Source: Prorocentrum cordatum (Eukaryota). Taken from it: a stretch of DNA of 64,000 nucleotides. The stretch's first letter is position 1; the number at the start of each line of letters is the position of its first letter. Both the position numbers and the translations under genes were made by a program. Under the pieces are notes generated by a model, which was not told where the DNA came from, made no database searches, and saw only the letters and a list, made by a program, of their open reading frames with translations. Below, piece by piece: positions 8,866 through 20,689 of the stretch. Location: positions 310,001 to 374,000 of the forward strand of contig CAUYUJ010000002.1 in assembly GCA_963575745.1 (NCBI GenBank), written 5' to 3'.

Positions 8866-9210
8866 TTCCCCTGATGGCGTCCGGGTGATGGCCGCGCACC
8901 CTCCGATGCCCGGGAAATCCTTGGAAACGACTCGCTGAGGCGCCGGCGTCCTTTTTTCTCAAAATGCTGCTCTCGCGCCGGTGACATTTTTTCCCAAAAT
9001 GCTGCTCTCGTTGAGGCGCCGGCCTCATTTCTGCTCCCGAATCCTTCCCCTGATGGCGTCCGGGTGATGGCCGCGCACCCTCCGCGTATTGTTTTTTAAC
9101 ACACAGGATGCCCAGGAAATCCCGGGAAACGACTCTCGCCGAGGCGCCGGCGTCATTTTTTCCCAAAATGCTGCTCTCGTTGAGGCGCCGGCCTCATTTC
9201 TGCTCCCGAA
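8866..9210. repeat. Two ~180-bp tandem units with internal sub-repeats
   Basis: TTCCCCTGATGGCGTCCGGGTGATGGCCGCGCACCCTCCG occurs at ~8866 and ~9045. CAAAATGCTGCTCTCG recurs three times. Confidence 0.8.
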
Positions 9211-9350
9211 TCGTTCCGAATCGTGCTCCCGCTGCAGCGTGGGCCTCATTTTCGGATCGGTGTTTGGCCTCCGTCGTTCAGGATGGCGTTCTCGCCCCAG
9301 CGCGGGCCTTTTTCTCGCGCGCCCATCCGCCCGCCACCACCGCGCCGCAC

Positions 9351-9465
9351 CGCCACCACCACCACCACCACCACCACCACCACCACCACCACCACCACCA
9401 CAACCACCACCAGCACCAGCACCAGTACCAACACCACCACCACCAGCACCACCACCACCACCAGC

Positions 9466-9496
<31 letters not shown>

Positions 9497-9680
9497 CCAC
9501 CACCACCACAACCACCACCACCAGCACCAGTACCAACACCACCACACCACCACCACACCACCACCACCACCACCACCCACCATCACCACCACCACCACCA
9601 CCACCACGCTACCACCACCACCACCACCACCACCACCACCACCACCACACCCACCCACCACCACCACCACCACGACAACC
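9351..9680. repeat. (CAC)n microsatellite
   Basis: Long imperfect CAC run. Confidence 0.95.
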
Positions 9681-10139
9681 ACGCACACACGCACGCACGC
9701 ACGCACGTGCACCACCACCCACTACGCACGCGCGCGCGGAGCCACAGGTCCGCTACGACACGCGTCCGCGGATAGAGAAAATCAGCGCCATGGTAAGGGA
9801 TGGGAGGGAGGGGTAGGACGTCAGATATGACGCGAGCGCACCTAGCTTGTCCCACTTCCCCTCCTCCACCTCCTCCTCCTCCTCCTCGCGTCGCCTACGG
9901 CCCGGGGGGAAACCGTACATCTCTGCCCCCTTCTTGCGGGGGTTCGTAGAGGGAGGGTTATCCCAAGGTGTGACTGAGGAACGGGCCCAGCTGGATGCTT
10001 CCGTTTGATGCGTTTCTTTTTTCCACGGGCCGTTTGGAGCGATTTCTTTTTCAACCCCACCTTTGTCCCAGCCCCCCTTTCTCCTCCCTTCTTGCTGCTA
10101 TCCCCCAACGTTGGTCCGCTCCAGAGGGTGGGAGCAGGG

Positions 10140-11180
10140 CGCGGAGGTGAGGGAGGCGAGAGGGAGGCAGAGAGGAAGGGAGGAGGCGGAAGGGGAGGAG
10201 GAGGAGGAGGAGGAGGAGGAGGAGGAGGAGGAGGAGGAGGAGGAGGAGGGAGGAGGGAGAAGAAGGATTAGGAGGGGCATGGAGGAAGGAAGGGGGAGCA
10301 GAGGAGGAGGAGGAGGAGGAGGAGGAGGAGGAGGAGGAAGGAGGAGGAGGAGGAGGACGAGGAGGACGAGGAGGACGAGGAGGCAGAGGCAGAGGCAGAG
10401 GCAGAGACGGAGGAGATGGTGAGAAGGGAATCTGCAAACAGGAGGTGGAGGAGGACGAATTGGAGGAGCAGGGTAATAATGAGGAAGGAATCAGGGCAGG
10501 AAGGATGCAGGGGTGTGCGAGGGATGTCATTCCCCCTCCCACGTTGTCAGCAGCCTGCCCGCGAGGGCCTCTTCGTCAAATCAGACGTGGGAGGCGTGGG
10601 GCAGGAGACGACATCGTCCACCTCTTCCTCCACTTCACACCTCCTCCTCCTCCGCCTCCTCCTCGTCCTCCGCCTCCTCCTCCTTCTCCTCCTCATCCCC
10701 TCCTTCTCCTCCTCCTCCTCCCCCCCTTCCCCCGCTTCCACGACCTCATCGTGCTCCCTGATCCGCTCTCATCTCTCCCTTCTCCAACCCTCCCTCCCTG
10801 CCTCCCTGTCTTCTTCCTCATCTTCCTCGTCCCTCCTTGCCACTTGTCCATCTCTTCCCGCATCCCCCCCTCTCGCCTCCTTCCTCTCTTCCTCCGCTCT
10901 TCTCCTCCCCCTCGTCCTCGTCGTCGTCGTGCTCCTCCCCGTCGTCCTGCGGACGCCGCTGCCGCCTCTACCGCTGTCGCCGCCGTCACTGCCGTCGCCG
11001 CCGTCGCCCTCGTCGCCGCCGCCGTTGCTCTCGCTGCCGCTGCCGCTCTCGCTGCCGCCGCCATCCTCGCTGCCGCCGCCACCTCCGACCCCAGCACCCT
11101 CGTCGCCGCCGTCCCCTCCTCGTCGCCCCGCCGCCGCAGCTGTCGCCCTCGCCTCCGCGGCGGCTGCTGCCGCCTCCCTG
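10140..11180. repeat. Low-complexity (GAG)n, then (TCC)n and (GCC)n fields
   Basis: GAG runs at 10195-10400, TCC runs at 10620-10940, GCC/GTC runs at 10955-11170. Confidence 0.85.
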
Positions 11181-11496
11181 CGCGGGTCCCGGGTCCCGCC
11201 CGGCGCGGCCCGGGGCCCAATGGGGCGTTGGCTAAGTAGGGCGTGTCCTTATACAGGAGGAATTTCCCCAAATAGTTTAAAGATAGTATGGGGACCATAT
11301 GTGTGACTATTTTTGATTATTCGTTGAGTTTTGTTTCAAAATTTGTCCTTGAACATCTGTCTGTAGGGGGACATGCCCGACCTAAGCGTTGTCATTGTTT
11401 GCTGCCCGCAGGACGTGGACGCCTGGAACCGCCTGCTGGACGAGGCGCCGCCTTCGCCGCCGCGCGCGCGGAGCGCCGGGGCCCCTGCGCGGCTCA

Positions 11497-11661
11497 GCGC
11501 TGCGCGGCACAGCCCTGCGCGGCACAGCCCTGCGCGGCCCGGCGCTGTGCGGCACGGCGCTGCGCGGCACAGCACTGTGCGGCCCTGCGCTGCGCGGCAC
11601 AGCCCTGTGCGGCACGGCGCTGCGTGGCACAGACCTGTGCGGCCCTGCGCTGCGCGGCACA
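11497..11661. repeat. 15-bp minisatellite, ~11 units, consensus GC(G/C)CTG(C/T)GCGGCACA
   Basis: Direct tandem repetition is visible in the sequence. Confidence 0.9.
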
Positions 11662-13340
11662 CGGGAGGATGGCAAGATTGAGGGAGGGAACGCAGCCCCA
11701 GGAGCAACGTGCGAGTCGGACGGAGCCCAAGGAGGGCCCCATGAGGGGGGCGAGGCGCGCCACGGGCAGTCGGAAAGGGTGGCCGCGGAGCCACGGAGCA
11801 CCTCGGCTCACTGGCGGCCCTTCGCTGCGGCTCTCGCCCTGCCAGGGCCTCGTCACAGAACCACCACAGTCTAACAGGATCCTAAGGACAATCAGATGTC
11901 CAAGGGTGTGGCCCGCATGGGGGGGAGCTCTTGGCACGGGCGCAGGAACTGGCGTCCCGCAGGTGCCTCGATGAGGTCGTGGGCGCCGCACTTGCGCATA
12001 CAGTACAGCGCCCTACCGCCTGCACAAGGTGACCCTCGTGCCCGAAAGTGCTAGGCGCTGCGGAGGGCTCCGTCGAGGCTCTCGGAGCCCAGGGCCTCCC
12101 GCGCGGCTCGCACGGCCGAGCACCGCGTGCCCAGGGAGGGCGTGTCCGCTCCGCTCGGCACCGGCCGCCGACAGGTTGGACTGGAGTGTTGTCGGCTGGC
12201 AGTTCGCGCCAGGCTGCCCCAGCTTGGACCGGCTCTGCGCGATCCGCGCGGAGCAGTGACACCATGCTCATCTCGACCCCCCCTACCAGATCTTGCGAGA
12301 GCAGGTCGAGTTCCCGATTCCGAGGCAGCTGGACCCGCGACGAGACTCCGAGAAGTGCGCATCCGCCGTCTCGGCGAGCCTGCGGGCACAGCGAGAACCA
12401 GCTGCCTCCTTCCGCCACCGCAAGAGAGGATTTGTGGGATGAGGAGGAGGAGGAGGAGGAGGGGGAGGAGGAGGAAAGGGAGGAGGAGGAAGAGGAGGAG
12501 GAGGAGGAGGGGGAGGAGGAGGAGAGCGAGACGGATAATATGGAGAAGACGGCTCATGCTCTCCTGTCTCATCCCCGTCCGTTCTCTGCCTTGTCCCCTC
12601 TTGTGCATTCCTCCTTCCCGTCCCCCTCCTCTTCCTCGTTCGCCGCCCCCGAGGCGGTGGGCCTCCTCCGCGACGAGGCGAGGGCGGAGGCGACCGCGCT
12701 CCCCCCCTTCACGGAGGGCCTCGCCTCGAGGAGAGCGGCGGGGCGCCCCGCGCCAAGCAGAGGGTTCGATAGCAGCGCATGGGAGCCTGGTACAGTCCAC
12801 ACGGTGGGTAAGAGTGAGCGACGTTTTTTGCCTTCCGGCCCATTTTTGCCCTTTTTGTTCGGGATATTTTGACTTACCTGTACCTCCCGGCACATCCTTC
12901 TCTTTCGGCCCATCCTTGGCCACTTTCGTTTCCCGTGCCCCGCTCGAAACGTGTCGACACGGCCTTCCATTTGCATCCTTATCGCGCATCCTTTTGACAT
13001 GCGCAAGCCGTATGTCGTAAATCCGGCTTGAGGGTGCGCTAGCGTGCGCTAGCGTCTTGCAGTCAATGAGAAAACGCAGAATTAGTGACGATGTAGCGTC
13101 GATTAGCGTCGGTTAGGGTCGACTAGCGTCGGTCGGCGTCGATCTAGCGTCGCGATGCCTGTCGGGGCCCTCACCAGTCTTCGGGACAGTCTACAAACGA
13201 TGCAGGATGAGAAACCAGTCCCAGCGAGTGATTGCCATATTGTCCTGGGCGTTTGCCCAGGAGTCTTGTTCTGCTCGACTCCCTCCCTGCGGGTGCCTTC
13301 CCTAAAGGACTTCGCCGGTCTGTTGCGCTTCTTCCGGTGA

Positions 13341-13447
13341 AGGAGTCGGCGGAGGAGGCGGAGGAGGAGGCGGAGGAGGAAGGAGGAGGAGGAGGAGGAG
13401 GCTGAGGCGGAGGAGGAGGCGGCGGAGGAGGAGGCGGAGGAGGAGGA
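13341..13447. repeat. (GAG)n tract, 5' flank and target of element B
   Basis: Imperfect GAG/GCG run ending in the left TSD, AGGCGGAGGAGGAGGA (13432-13447). Confidence 0.9.
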
Positions 13448-13509
13448 ACCTGTAGCCATTTTGGCTGAAGTCCGTAGTGTTTCGGCACAGGACCTGGCTG
13501 TTTGGCAAG
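13448..13509 (+). other. Dinoflagellate spliced-leader copy plus 1-2 more degenerate SL relicts
   Basis: ACCTGTAGCCATTTTGGCTGAAG matches DinoSL DCCGTAGCCATTTTGGCTCAAG closely. It is followed by TCCGTAGTGTTTCGGCACAGG and ACCTGGCTGTTTGGCAAG. Confidence 0.85.
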
Positions 13510-13637
13510 GGGGAAGGACGGCCCCCACAGTTTCTCCTCTTTGCCTGCCAGACGAGGTTGTTTCCCTTTATTTTTTTGTGAGCTCCTGCTGGAGCAACGA
13601 CGTCCCAGTCAGGTCAGCCCATGGCTACGGCTCGCCG

Positions 13638-15047
13638 ATGGCTCCTCTGTTCTTTCGTGATCCTTGGGTACGCAAGCCAACAGGTGAGCCTCAGCAGTGG
13701 TACCGCGACGGCGAGGCGCTCAGCAAAGCACCCTGCCCCCAATGCGGTTGCAAGAAAAACAAGAAACACTACTGGTTCTGCAAGCATTGTCTGCAGCCAT
13801 TGTCCTTCGTGGCCCCGTCCGCTCCGCCCGAGGCCTCGGCCGCCTGGGCCAGCAGGCCTCCCGCGGGCTCCCACCGCGCCCAGGGCGACGGGGGTGCTGC
13901 GGGCGCAGGCGCCTCCCAGTTCACCAAGGGCGGCAAAGGAGGCAAGTCCGACAACGGCAAAGGCAAGGGTCAAGCCGATGGTCTGTCCTCAGCTCCGCAG
14001 CCACCTGGCCCAGGCAAGCCCGCGGGTGAGCCCAGAATGCCTGGACTTCAACTGGGTGAATCTGGATGGCTACGCTCGGCAGGTCATCACTCCTGGACCA
14101 TCTATACCAAGGAGGAAGTGCCAGTGCTGCTCAGTTTGGCCGCGAACTTCCAGCGCATTGGCGACACGCACAGTGCCGACTTGTACAACCGTTATGCCAG
14201 CCAGCTGCAGATGGCCGCGGTGCCCACGCCCCAGACGGTGGGGGCTGCTCAGCACGCCATGCGTGAGGCGAATAAGTTCCTGGACAAAAAAGTGCGCGCT
14301 GCTGAGGCTCTCAAGCAACAGCTCCACGACGCAGGGCAGGCCGCCATCAGCGCCCTCTCCGATTTCGAGGAGTGCCAAACCAACTACCACAGGGCAGTGC
14401 GTATCCTGGCCGAGCATGTGCCTCCCGAGGGTGCGGGCGCGACAGCGGCCCCCGCAGCCGCGCCCCGCACCCACGGCCTCAGCCTGGAACGCCTGCTGGA
14501 CGAGCACGCCCCTGTCGAGATCTTCGCCGACGACGACCTGTTCGGTTTGGAGGCCGAGGGCGTCGAGCTCTCCGAACACGAGCGCGAAGAGGTGGCTCGG
14601 CGCAAGGCGGAGGTCGAAGACACCATCAAGAGGGCAGTGGCGGAGTCCTTTAGCCAGGTCAAGCAGAGGGCCAAGGAGCTGGTCGACGAGCAGCGCGCCT
14701 TCCGTGCCCGCATGCAGCTCAAGCGTCGCAAGTTCGGCGTCGACGACGAGGGCGACTGCGACGCTGCTAGAGGTGGCGCGCCAGCCACCCCTGGCACGGC
14801 CGCGGCTGCTATCCCCGCGGCAGCCGAGGCCCCAGCGGCCTCTCCTGCCACCGCCCCAGGCCCGAGGGCACCCTCGGCCCCATCGGCTGCCGCAGTGGCC
14901 CAGGCCTGCGGCATCGCCCAGGATTCTACCGTTGAGAAGCGCCCTGTGGATGCGTCGGACTCTGCTGGGCACAGGTTGCGGTTCGACATGGCCCTTGGAG
15001 CTTCAAGAAATTCAGTCGAACCAGTTCTTTCTCAGCCAGGACTTTAG
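13638..15047 (+). CDS. Element B ORF1: RanBP2-like zinc finger, Gly/Lys-rich segment, coiled coil
   Basis: CPQCGCKKNKKHYWFCKHC (N-x6-C-x2-C), KGGKGGK, and the heptad-rich AMREANKFLDKKVRAAEALKQQLHD. First in-frame ATG is at 13638. Confidence 0.85.
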   Translation: MAPLFFRDPWVRKPTGEPQQWYRDGEALSKAPCPQCGCKKNKKHYWFCKHCLQPLSFVAPSAPPEASAAWASRPPAGSHRAQGDGGAAGAGASQFTKGGKGGKSDNGKGKGQADGLSSAPQPPGPGKPAGEPRMPGLQLGESGWLRSAGHHSWTIYTKEEVPVLLSLAANFQRIGDTHSADLYNRYASQLQMAAVPTPQTVGAAQHAMREANKFLDKKVRAAEALKQQLHDAGQAAISALSDFEECQTNYHRAVRILAEHVPPEGAGATAAPAAAPRTHGLSLERLLDEHAPVEIFADDDLFGLEAEGVELSEHEREEVARRKAEVEDTIKRAVAESFSQVKQRAKELVDEQRAFRARMQLKRRKFGVDDEGDCDAARGGAPATPGTAAAAIPAAAEAPAASPATAPGPRAPSAPSAAAVAQACGIAQDSTVEKRPVDASDSAGHRLRFDMALGASRNSVEPVLSQPGL

Positions 15048-15053
15048 CATATC

Positions 15054-15520
15054 ATGGCAGTGGGCAACTACGTTCGGGACTTCGATTTCGACGTCTCCGA
15101 CATGGTCGCCACACTCACCTGCCATGAGACCGAAGAGACCCCCCCCCCAGACAAAACCCTAGGTATGCCAGCGTCCGCGAGGCGCTGTCACCGCCTAGAG
15201 GGACCCTGGGGCAGGGAATCGGCGCGAGCATGGCAGGCAGAGGGCGCCACATGTTCGCGGCACGGCTTGCCTCGCGATACCTCTTCCACGGGCACTGCCA
15301 CACTAGGTTGGGGGCAGCCGGAAATTGCCCCGAGTTTCTCAAGCTGCGCACGCATGATGTCAGCATCATCATGGTTTCAGTTTCGCCTTCCTGCTCAGCT
15401 ACCCTGTCATCCTGTCCAGTCGCCGTCGGCAGGGGCGGCGCAGCCATCATCTACTACGACAGCCGTTTCAGCATCGGCGTCGCGAACTCCCGCTTGCACA
15501 GGCCCCCGACCGTGCAGTGA
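15054..15520 (+). pseudogene. Probable extra ~155-aa ORF in element B between ORF1 and ORF2, frameshifted at a C-run near 15140-15147
   Basis: GC3-rich codons read MAVGNYVRDFDFDVSDMVATL in one frame, then ...RYASVREAL...AIIYYDSRFSIGVANSRLHRPPTVQ* in the other. No recognisable domain. Confidence 0.45.
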
Positions 15521-18500
15521 GTCTGGTGGCGCGAGTGAGCAGGATGCCAGCACGCCTGGCGCTCGCACCAAACCCACTCCTCCTTCCTCGTCAGAGTTGA
15601 AGCGCGTGGTGTTCGACACGGCCAATACTACGTCCTGGGGATCTCTCAAAACATACTTGCAGGACGAGGCCCAGGGGGCCATCGTGTTCCTCCAGGACTT
15701 CAGCTTCGGGGAGCCGCCGTGCGAGGGGGTCAACCAGCTGAAGAGCATAGGGTGGAAATCTATCGTCAACCCCAGTGTCCCCACCCTGGCAGGGGGACTC
15801 AGCAGCGGTGCAGGAATTGCGGTTCGTCCGCACATCCCCATTGGAGCTTTGCCACTCGCTCGCCCTTATTTTCCTCAGCCTGAGAGGGTATGCTCCGCGT
15901 GGGTCAACACGTTCGTCCCTGGAGGCCTGGCTGTCTCCTCGCTTTATTTAGATTGCAACGATCCGCTGGGCATCGACTCGTTCAGGATTTTGAATCGCAT
16001 TGGTGAAGAGATCCACCAGCTGCAGATCCCGTTCAACATTGGAGGGGATTGGACTACTCACCCATCACAGCTGCTCAACACTGGGTGGGTTGACCGTCTA
16101 GGCGGCGCAAATTTGCATTCTAGCAGACCCACTTGCCGCAAGTCGGACAAGCAGTGGAGGACCATCGATTTCTTGGTTGTCTCGCGGGGCCTCGAGTCCG
16201 CCATGAGAACGATTGATCGCAACGAGGCCAGCACCACATCGCCCCATTACGCGGTGTCGTTGGAGCTCGAAGGGGATCCATTGGAGGCCAAGGTCAGATT
16301 CTGCAAGGGCCCAAGCCGTTCCCGAAGGAGCGCCCCATGGGCCCCTACCCGACTCCCCCGTCGTGGGCTGCCTGCAGCGACATCCTCGACAGCCCCAGTG
16401 TGGCCCCTCACGATCTGGACCAGGCTTATGTTCAGTTCTGCAAGCTTTTCGAGGCGGAACTCAAGAGTGCCCACAACGTCGATTGCCTGGACCGCACCTA
16501 TTCTGGCAGGGCCAACGGGCTCAAGCTTACAGAGGTTTCAGCTGTGAGGACTTCTGAGGGTGATTATCTTGTTTCTTGTCCTGAAGGCCGTGCTTGGAGG
16601 AAGGTGGCTATTTGGTTTCTGGAGTTGGCGTGCCTGCTTAGGAAAGACTACCCCAGGGACCATCCACAGATCCTCTCGCTGGGCTCCAAGTTGGCCTCGG
16701 GCCCGAATAAGCTCCTCGAGAACCCTGAGTGGAAGCACTTGCGCGCGCATTTCCAGCTCGGCTCGATTGAGATTATCCAGTTCCTGCAGTTTGCCGCTGC
16801 GCCCATGCGCCAGGCAGAGCTGTTCGAACGGCGCTTCCGCACCAAGAGGGCCAAGCAGTGGCGGACTTGGGTTGCTAAATCTCTCGAGGGAGGAGGAGGC
16901 CTGGCGCGCCGGTTCACCAAGAAGCCTCGTGGGTTCATCCCCGACAGCCCCAAAGGGGGCCCCCCTCCCAGCCTTGAGGAGCAGATGAGGTGTCTGGAGG
17001 AGGAGTGGAAGAAGATCTGGACCCCTGCCCATCACGTTGCCAACCAGCCCGACTCCATCCAATACCTCAGCCAAGTCATTTCTCGGTCTGGAGAACAGCC
17101 TCTCGCTCAGGCGTCTCCTGAGGACATCCGTGCTGTGGCCAAGACCTTCAAGGCGCACGCGGCCGCGGGGGCAGACCGCACCAGACCGCAGGACTTTTTG
17201 CTGTTATCCGACGCAGGCTTGAAGTGCCTGGCGAGCATGTGGTTTCACAGGGAGCGCCTTGGCCATATGCCAGAGCCCCTCCATCACATCCTGCTCGCAA
17301 TGATTCCTCGCGGGGACGGTGGTCGCCGACCTATCGGAGTTCTACCAGGAAACATTCGTATATTCGGTAGGTTTTCTCGGATCGAAGCCAAGAGGTGGGA
17401 GGGGGCCCATCCTCGCGCGCGCGTATCAGTTCGGCAGCAAGGGCAAGTCATGCGAGAGGGCTATGTGGGAGCAGTCGGTTCGTCTCGAGCATGCGCACAT
17501 ATGCAAACATCAATCTGCACACGCCCTGGTTAACATGACCAAATGCTACGAAAAGGTGCCCCATTACCTCCTCGCGCGCGCGGCGAGTAAGCACGGCTTC
17601 CCAGCGCATCGGCCTAGGTTCCTGCTTGCGCTGTATCGGGGCAAGCGCTCGCTGCAGTTTGACATGCGAGTATCAGCAGATCTTTATGTCGAGCAATGGA
17701 TCCTGGCAGGCTGTTCGTTTGCCACCACTCTGGACGTGTTGGGCGGCGCTGTCCGCCTCTACCCCTGCATATCTGTCTACAATGTCGTGGGTGACGTTGC
17801 TGTAGGATCTGTGGGTAAGCGCAAGCATGTTACCCACATGGTCTTGGGAGCCACCAAGTTCATCTGTGTCCAGCTCGAGGCCTTGGGGTTCACCATCTCG
17901 CCCACCAAAGGTATCGTCGCGGGCTCGTCGGCCCAGGTCGTCCAGGTCATCCGCGTGGGGCTCTTGTTCTGGGAGTTCAAGGGCATGGGGGCCACGAAGA
18001 ACCTAGGGGTGGACGTCGCAGGGGCTCCCAGGCGCTCTACCAAGGTCCAGCAGCGACGTTGGCAATCCCTTATCCCGCGCATCAGGAGGTCCCGTGGTCT
18101 CAGGTCGACCCTCTCGAGCATGCACAGGGCCATCGAGACGGGTGGGGCCCCGGCGGCCCTTTGCGGCGCCAGGGTCACTGGCATGGCCCCGACCCAGCTG
18201 GCCTCTTTGAGAGCCATCATCGGAGATGCGGCAGTCGGCCCTGCCAGGGGCCATAGCAGAACGATCCAGTTCCTCCTCAACCAGGACCACAAGTTGGACC
18301 CAACCTACCAGGCTAATCTGCTCCCTCTAGGAATGTGGCACCAGGCGATCCAACACCGGTGGCTTCCCAGGTCCATGCTTAGTTGTTGCTGGAAGCATTA
18401 CCAGTCCTCCAACTCTGCTGGCAAACGGTCCAAGGTCCTCGGCCCAACAGGCGTCGTGCTGGCCACTCTGCCGCGTCTCGGTTGGGCGGGAGTGGGGTTC

Positions 18501-20004
18501 GACAAGTGGGACATCGGGGGCGGGATCTCTATCGACCTCGGTTCCTTTGGTAGGCACACGGTGGCCACCTTGATCGAGCAGGCCACCTACCGCCAGTTGC
18601 TGCGTCATGTATCCATCCCGAACGCGGCTGGCCAGTTATGCCCGCCTCTCATATCAGCGGTCCAAGAGGAGCTGCAGGCCTGTCGTAGTAAAGATGACGT
18701 CGGCGCCACCATCTTCCTGAGCGGAGTGGTTGCAGGAGGGTACCCGTGCCAGTTGCAGTTGTTCACTGGCCTCCGTGCGTTGAACCCCCACTGCCTCCGC
18801 TGTGGCCAGGCCCACGGGACCCCCAAGCACAGGCTCTACGAGTGCCCAGGCTTCCACCTCTTCCGTCGAGATCTCGATTTGGCCGATGTCGTTCGAGAAG
18901 GAGTCGGTTGACCCGAGCAAGATTTGTTGTGCACTAGGGCCCTTGGACCCGACCCTGGGGCCGAATGCCCCCCCTGTCCATGGCCGATTCCAGGCTCTGG
19001 CACCTCCGCCCTTCCTCGGGCCCCCTTGGCCCTCGGCTCTGCATTGACGGGTCGGGTCTGGACCAAGGGAACCCGTTTTCGGCCAGAGCTGGTTGGGTTG
19101 TTGTTGGTATGCAAGAAGTAGGGGGCTCTGACGGCAGCGTCTTCGGGCCCCTCCCCCACCCCCTTCAACGAAGCGGAGGGGGGAGATTTACGCCCTCATC
19201 ATGGCCATCCGTCTTGCTGCCCCTGGCCTCCTTATCATTTACTCGGACTATCAAGCTGTCATTGCCATTTGGACAGCTGGCCCCAACGCGGACCGCTCCC
19301 ATGTCGCTTTCGCTGAGTTGTGGGATGAGTTTTTTTTTTCTGGCCACCGACTTCGGACTCGAGAACATCGAGCTCCGTAAAATCGAGGCCCACCTTTCCT
19401 GGCAGGCGTGCTCCCGAACCTCCAAGGCGCTGTTCTGGGCTTGGTCTGGCCACACGCTCGCTGACAAGCTTGCTCAGCAATGTGCCAAGGCGCATGTTTC
19501 GAATCCTGAGCTTGTGCGCAGGCGCAAAGATAGCAGCGATTCGGTCCGTTCCGTTTGCAAACTCATTGGCGCCTTTGGTAATCATTTGTCTCATTTCAAG
19601 TTACCCGACGTCCAGCGGGTAAGGAAGGCCCGCCGCCCGACGTACAACGCCCTCCAGCTCGTCCCAGACCGTCAAGGCCACGTTCTGCAGCGAGTGGGCA
19701 AATCTTCTCGAGCGTAGGTCGTGGTCTGTCTGAGCGTGCTGTGTGTGCTATGCCATGCACGGGCCTCCCACGATTGGCCCGCCTGGCCGACAAGTCTCAT
19801 CGGCTCTGGGTCATGGGCTCCTCCCTAGTGTGGTGCTCTACGTGTGCAGCCTTCGGGAGTTCCAGGCTCCGCTTGCTCGGAGGTCCCTGCCGTGGGAACC
19901 CCCGCAACAAGGAAGGAGAGAAGACCCTGAGGCTGCTCAAGGAGGGGAAGGATCCTTCCACCAACGGAGTGGTGGGCAGGAGCTTTCGCCTCACCATCTC
20001 TTAA
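15519..20004 (+). pseudogene. pol: Element B ORF2 (APE-RT-ZnF-RNase H), several frameshifts and stops
   Basis: APE: FDTANTTSW, VFLQD, IGGDW, TIDFLVVS, SPH. RT: GGRRPIG, NMTKCYEKV, ILAGCSFAT, VVGD, NLGVDV. Zinc finger: CLRCGQAHGTPKHRLYEC. RNase H: CIDGSG, KIEAH, GHTLADKLA. C-terminus: HRLW...CSTC...C. Confidence 0.92.
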
Positions 20005-20079
20005 TTCACCCCCCCTTTTTAACCCTGGGCGTCGTGTTCCATCTGGAGGCAGACGTTCCGCAGCTTGAAGGAGCTTGAA

Positions 20080-20315
20080 AGGTGGAGGAGGAGGAGTCAG
20101 GAGGCGGAGGAGGAGGAGGAGGAGGAGGAGGAGGAGGAGGAGGAGGAGGAGGAGGAGAAGGAGGAGGAGGGAGGAGGAGGAGGCGGAGGAGACGGAGGCG
20201 GAGGAGGAGGAGGAGGAGGAGGAGGACTAGGAGGAGGAGGAGGATCCCTAGAGGATGAGGAGGAGGAGGAGGAGGAGGGAGGAGGAGGAGGAGGAGGAGG
20301 AGGAGGAGGAGGAGG
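20080..20315. repeat. (GAG)n tract, 3' flank of element B
   Basis: Long GAG run beginning with the right TSD. Confidence 0.9.
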
Positions 20316-20689
20316 CCCTCTGCCCCCGCCTGCCTTCCGCCCCGAGGATGGGCGAGCTCGTGGAGAAGGGCCTCGGGCAGCACCTCGCCGAATTCCGCGC
20401 GGAGCTGGGCGAGCTGAGGGCCGCGTGCGCCGACGTCGCCGGCGGCCTCGCGGCCGTGCGGGGCGACTTGGGCGGCCTGCGGGGGACGTCCGTGGGGGTG
20501 TACAGCGGGCGCTCGGGGACTTCGCAAGGGCCGAGAAGGGACGACCTCTGATTTGGAACCCCCGCGCGCTGCGGAAAGATCGCGACGAGAGGTTTTTCCC
20601 AACCGCCTGTGGTGTTGGGTCCTCGTTTTGAAGAGACGGTTCCCGCGTTCCTCTTCTCCTCCTCGTCCCCCTCCTCCTCTCCTCGCCCG

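Larger units (their letters stand above)
13448..20079 (+). mobile_element. Non-LTR retrotransposon copy B, full-length but degenerate, SL-capped
   Basis: Starts with a DinoSL variant and carries ORF1 plus a frameshifted APE-RT-RNase H. It has 3' hairpins. Flanks are AGGCGGAGGAGGAGGA (13432-13447) and AGGTGGAGGAGGAGGA (20080-20095), a 16-bp TSD with one CpG transition. Confidence 0.92.

Noticed and set aside
15535..15565. 2A-like peptide before the APE of B (EQDASTPGA)
   Set aside because: It lacks the DxExNPGP consensus.
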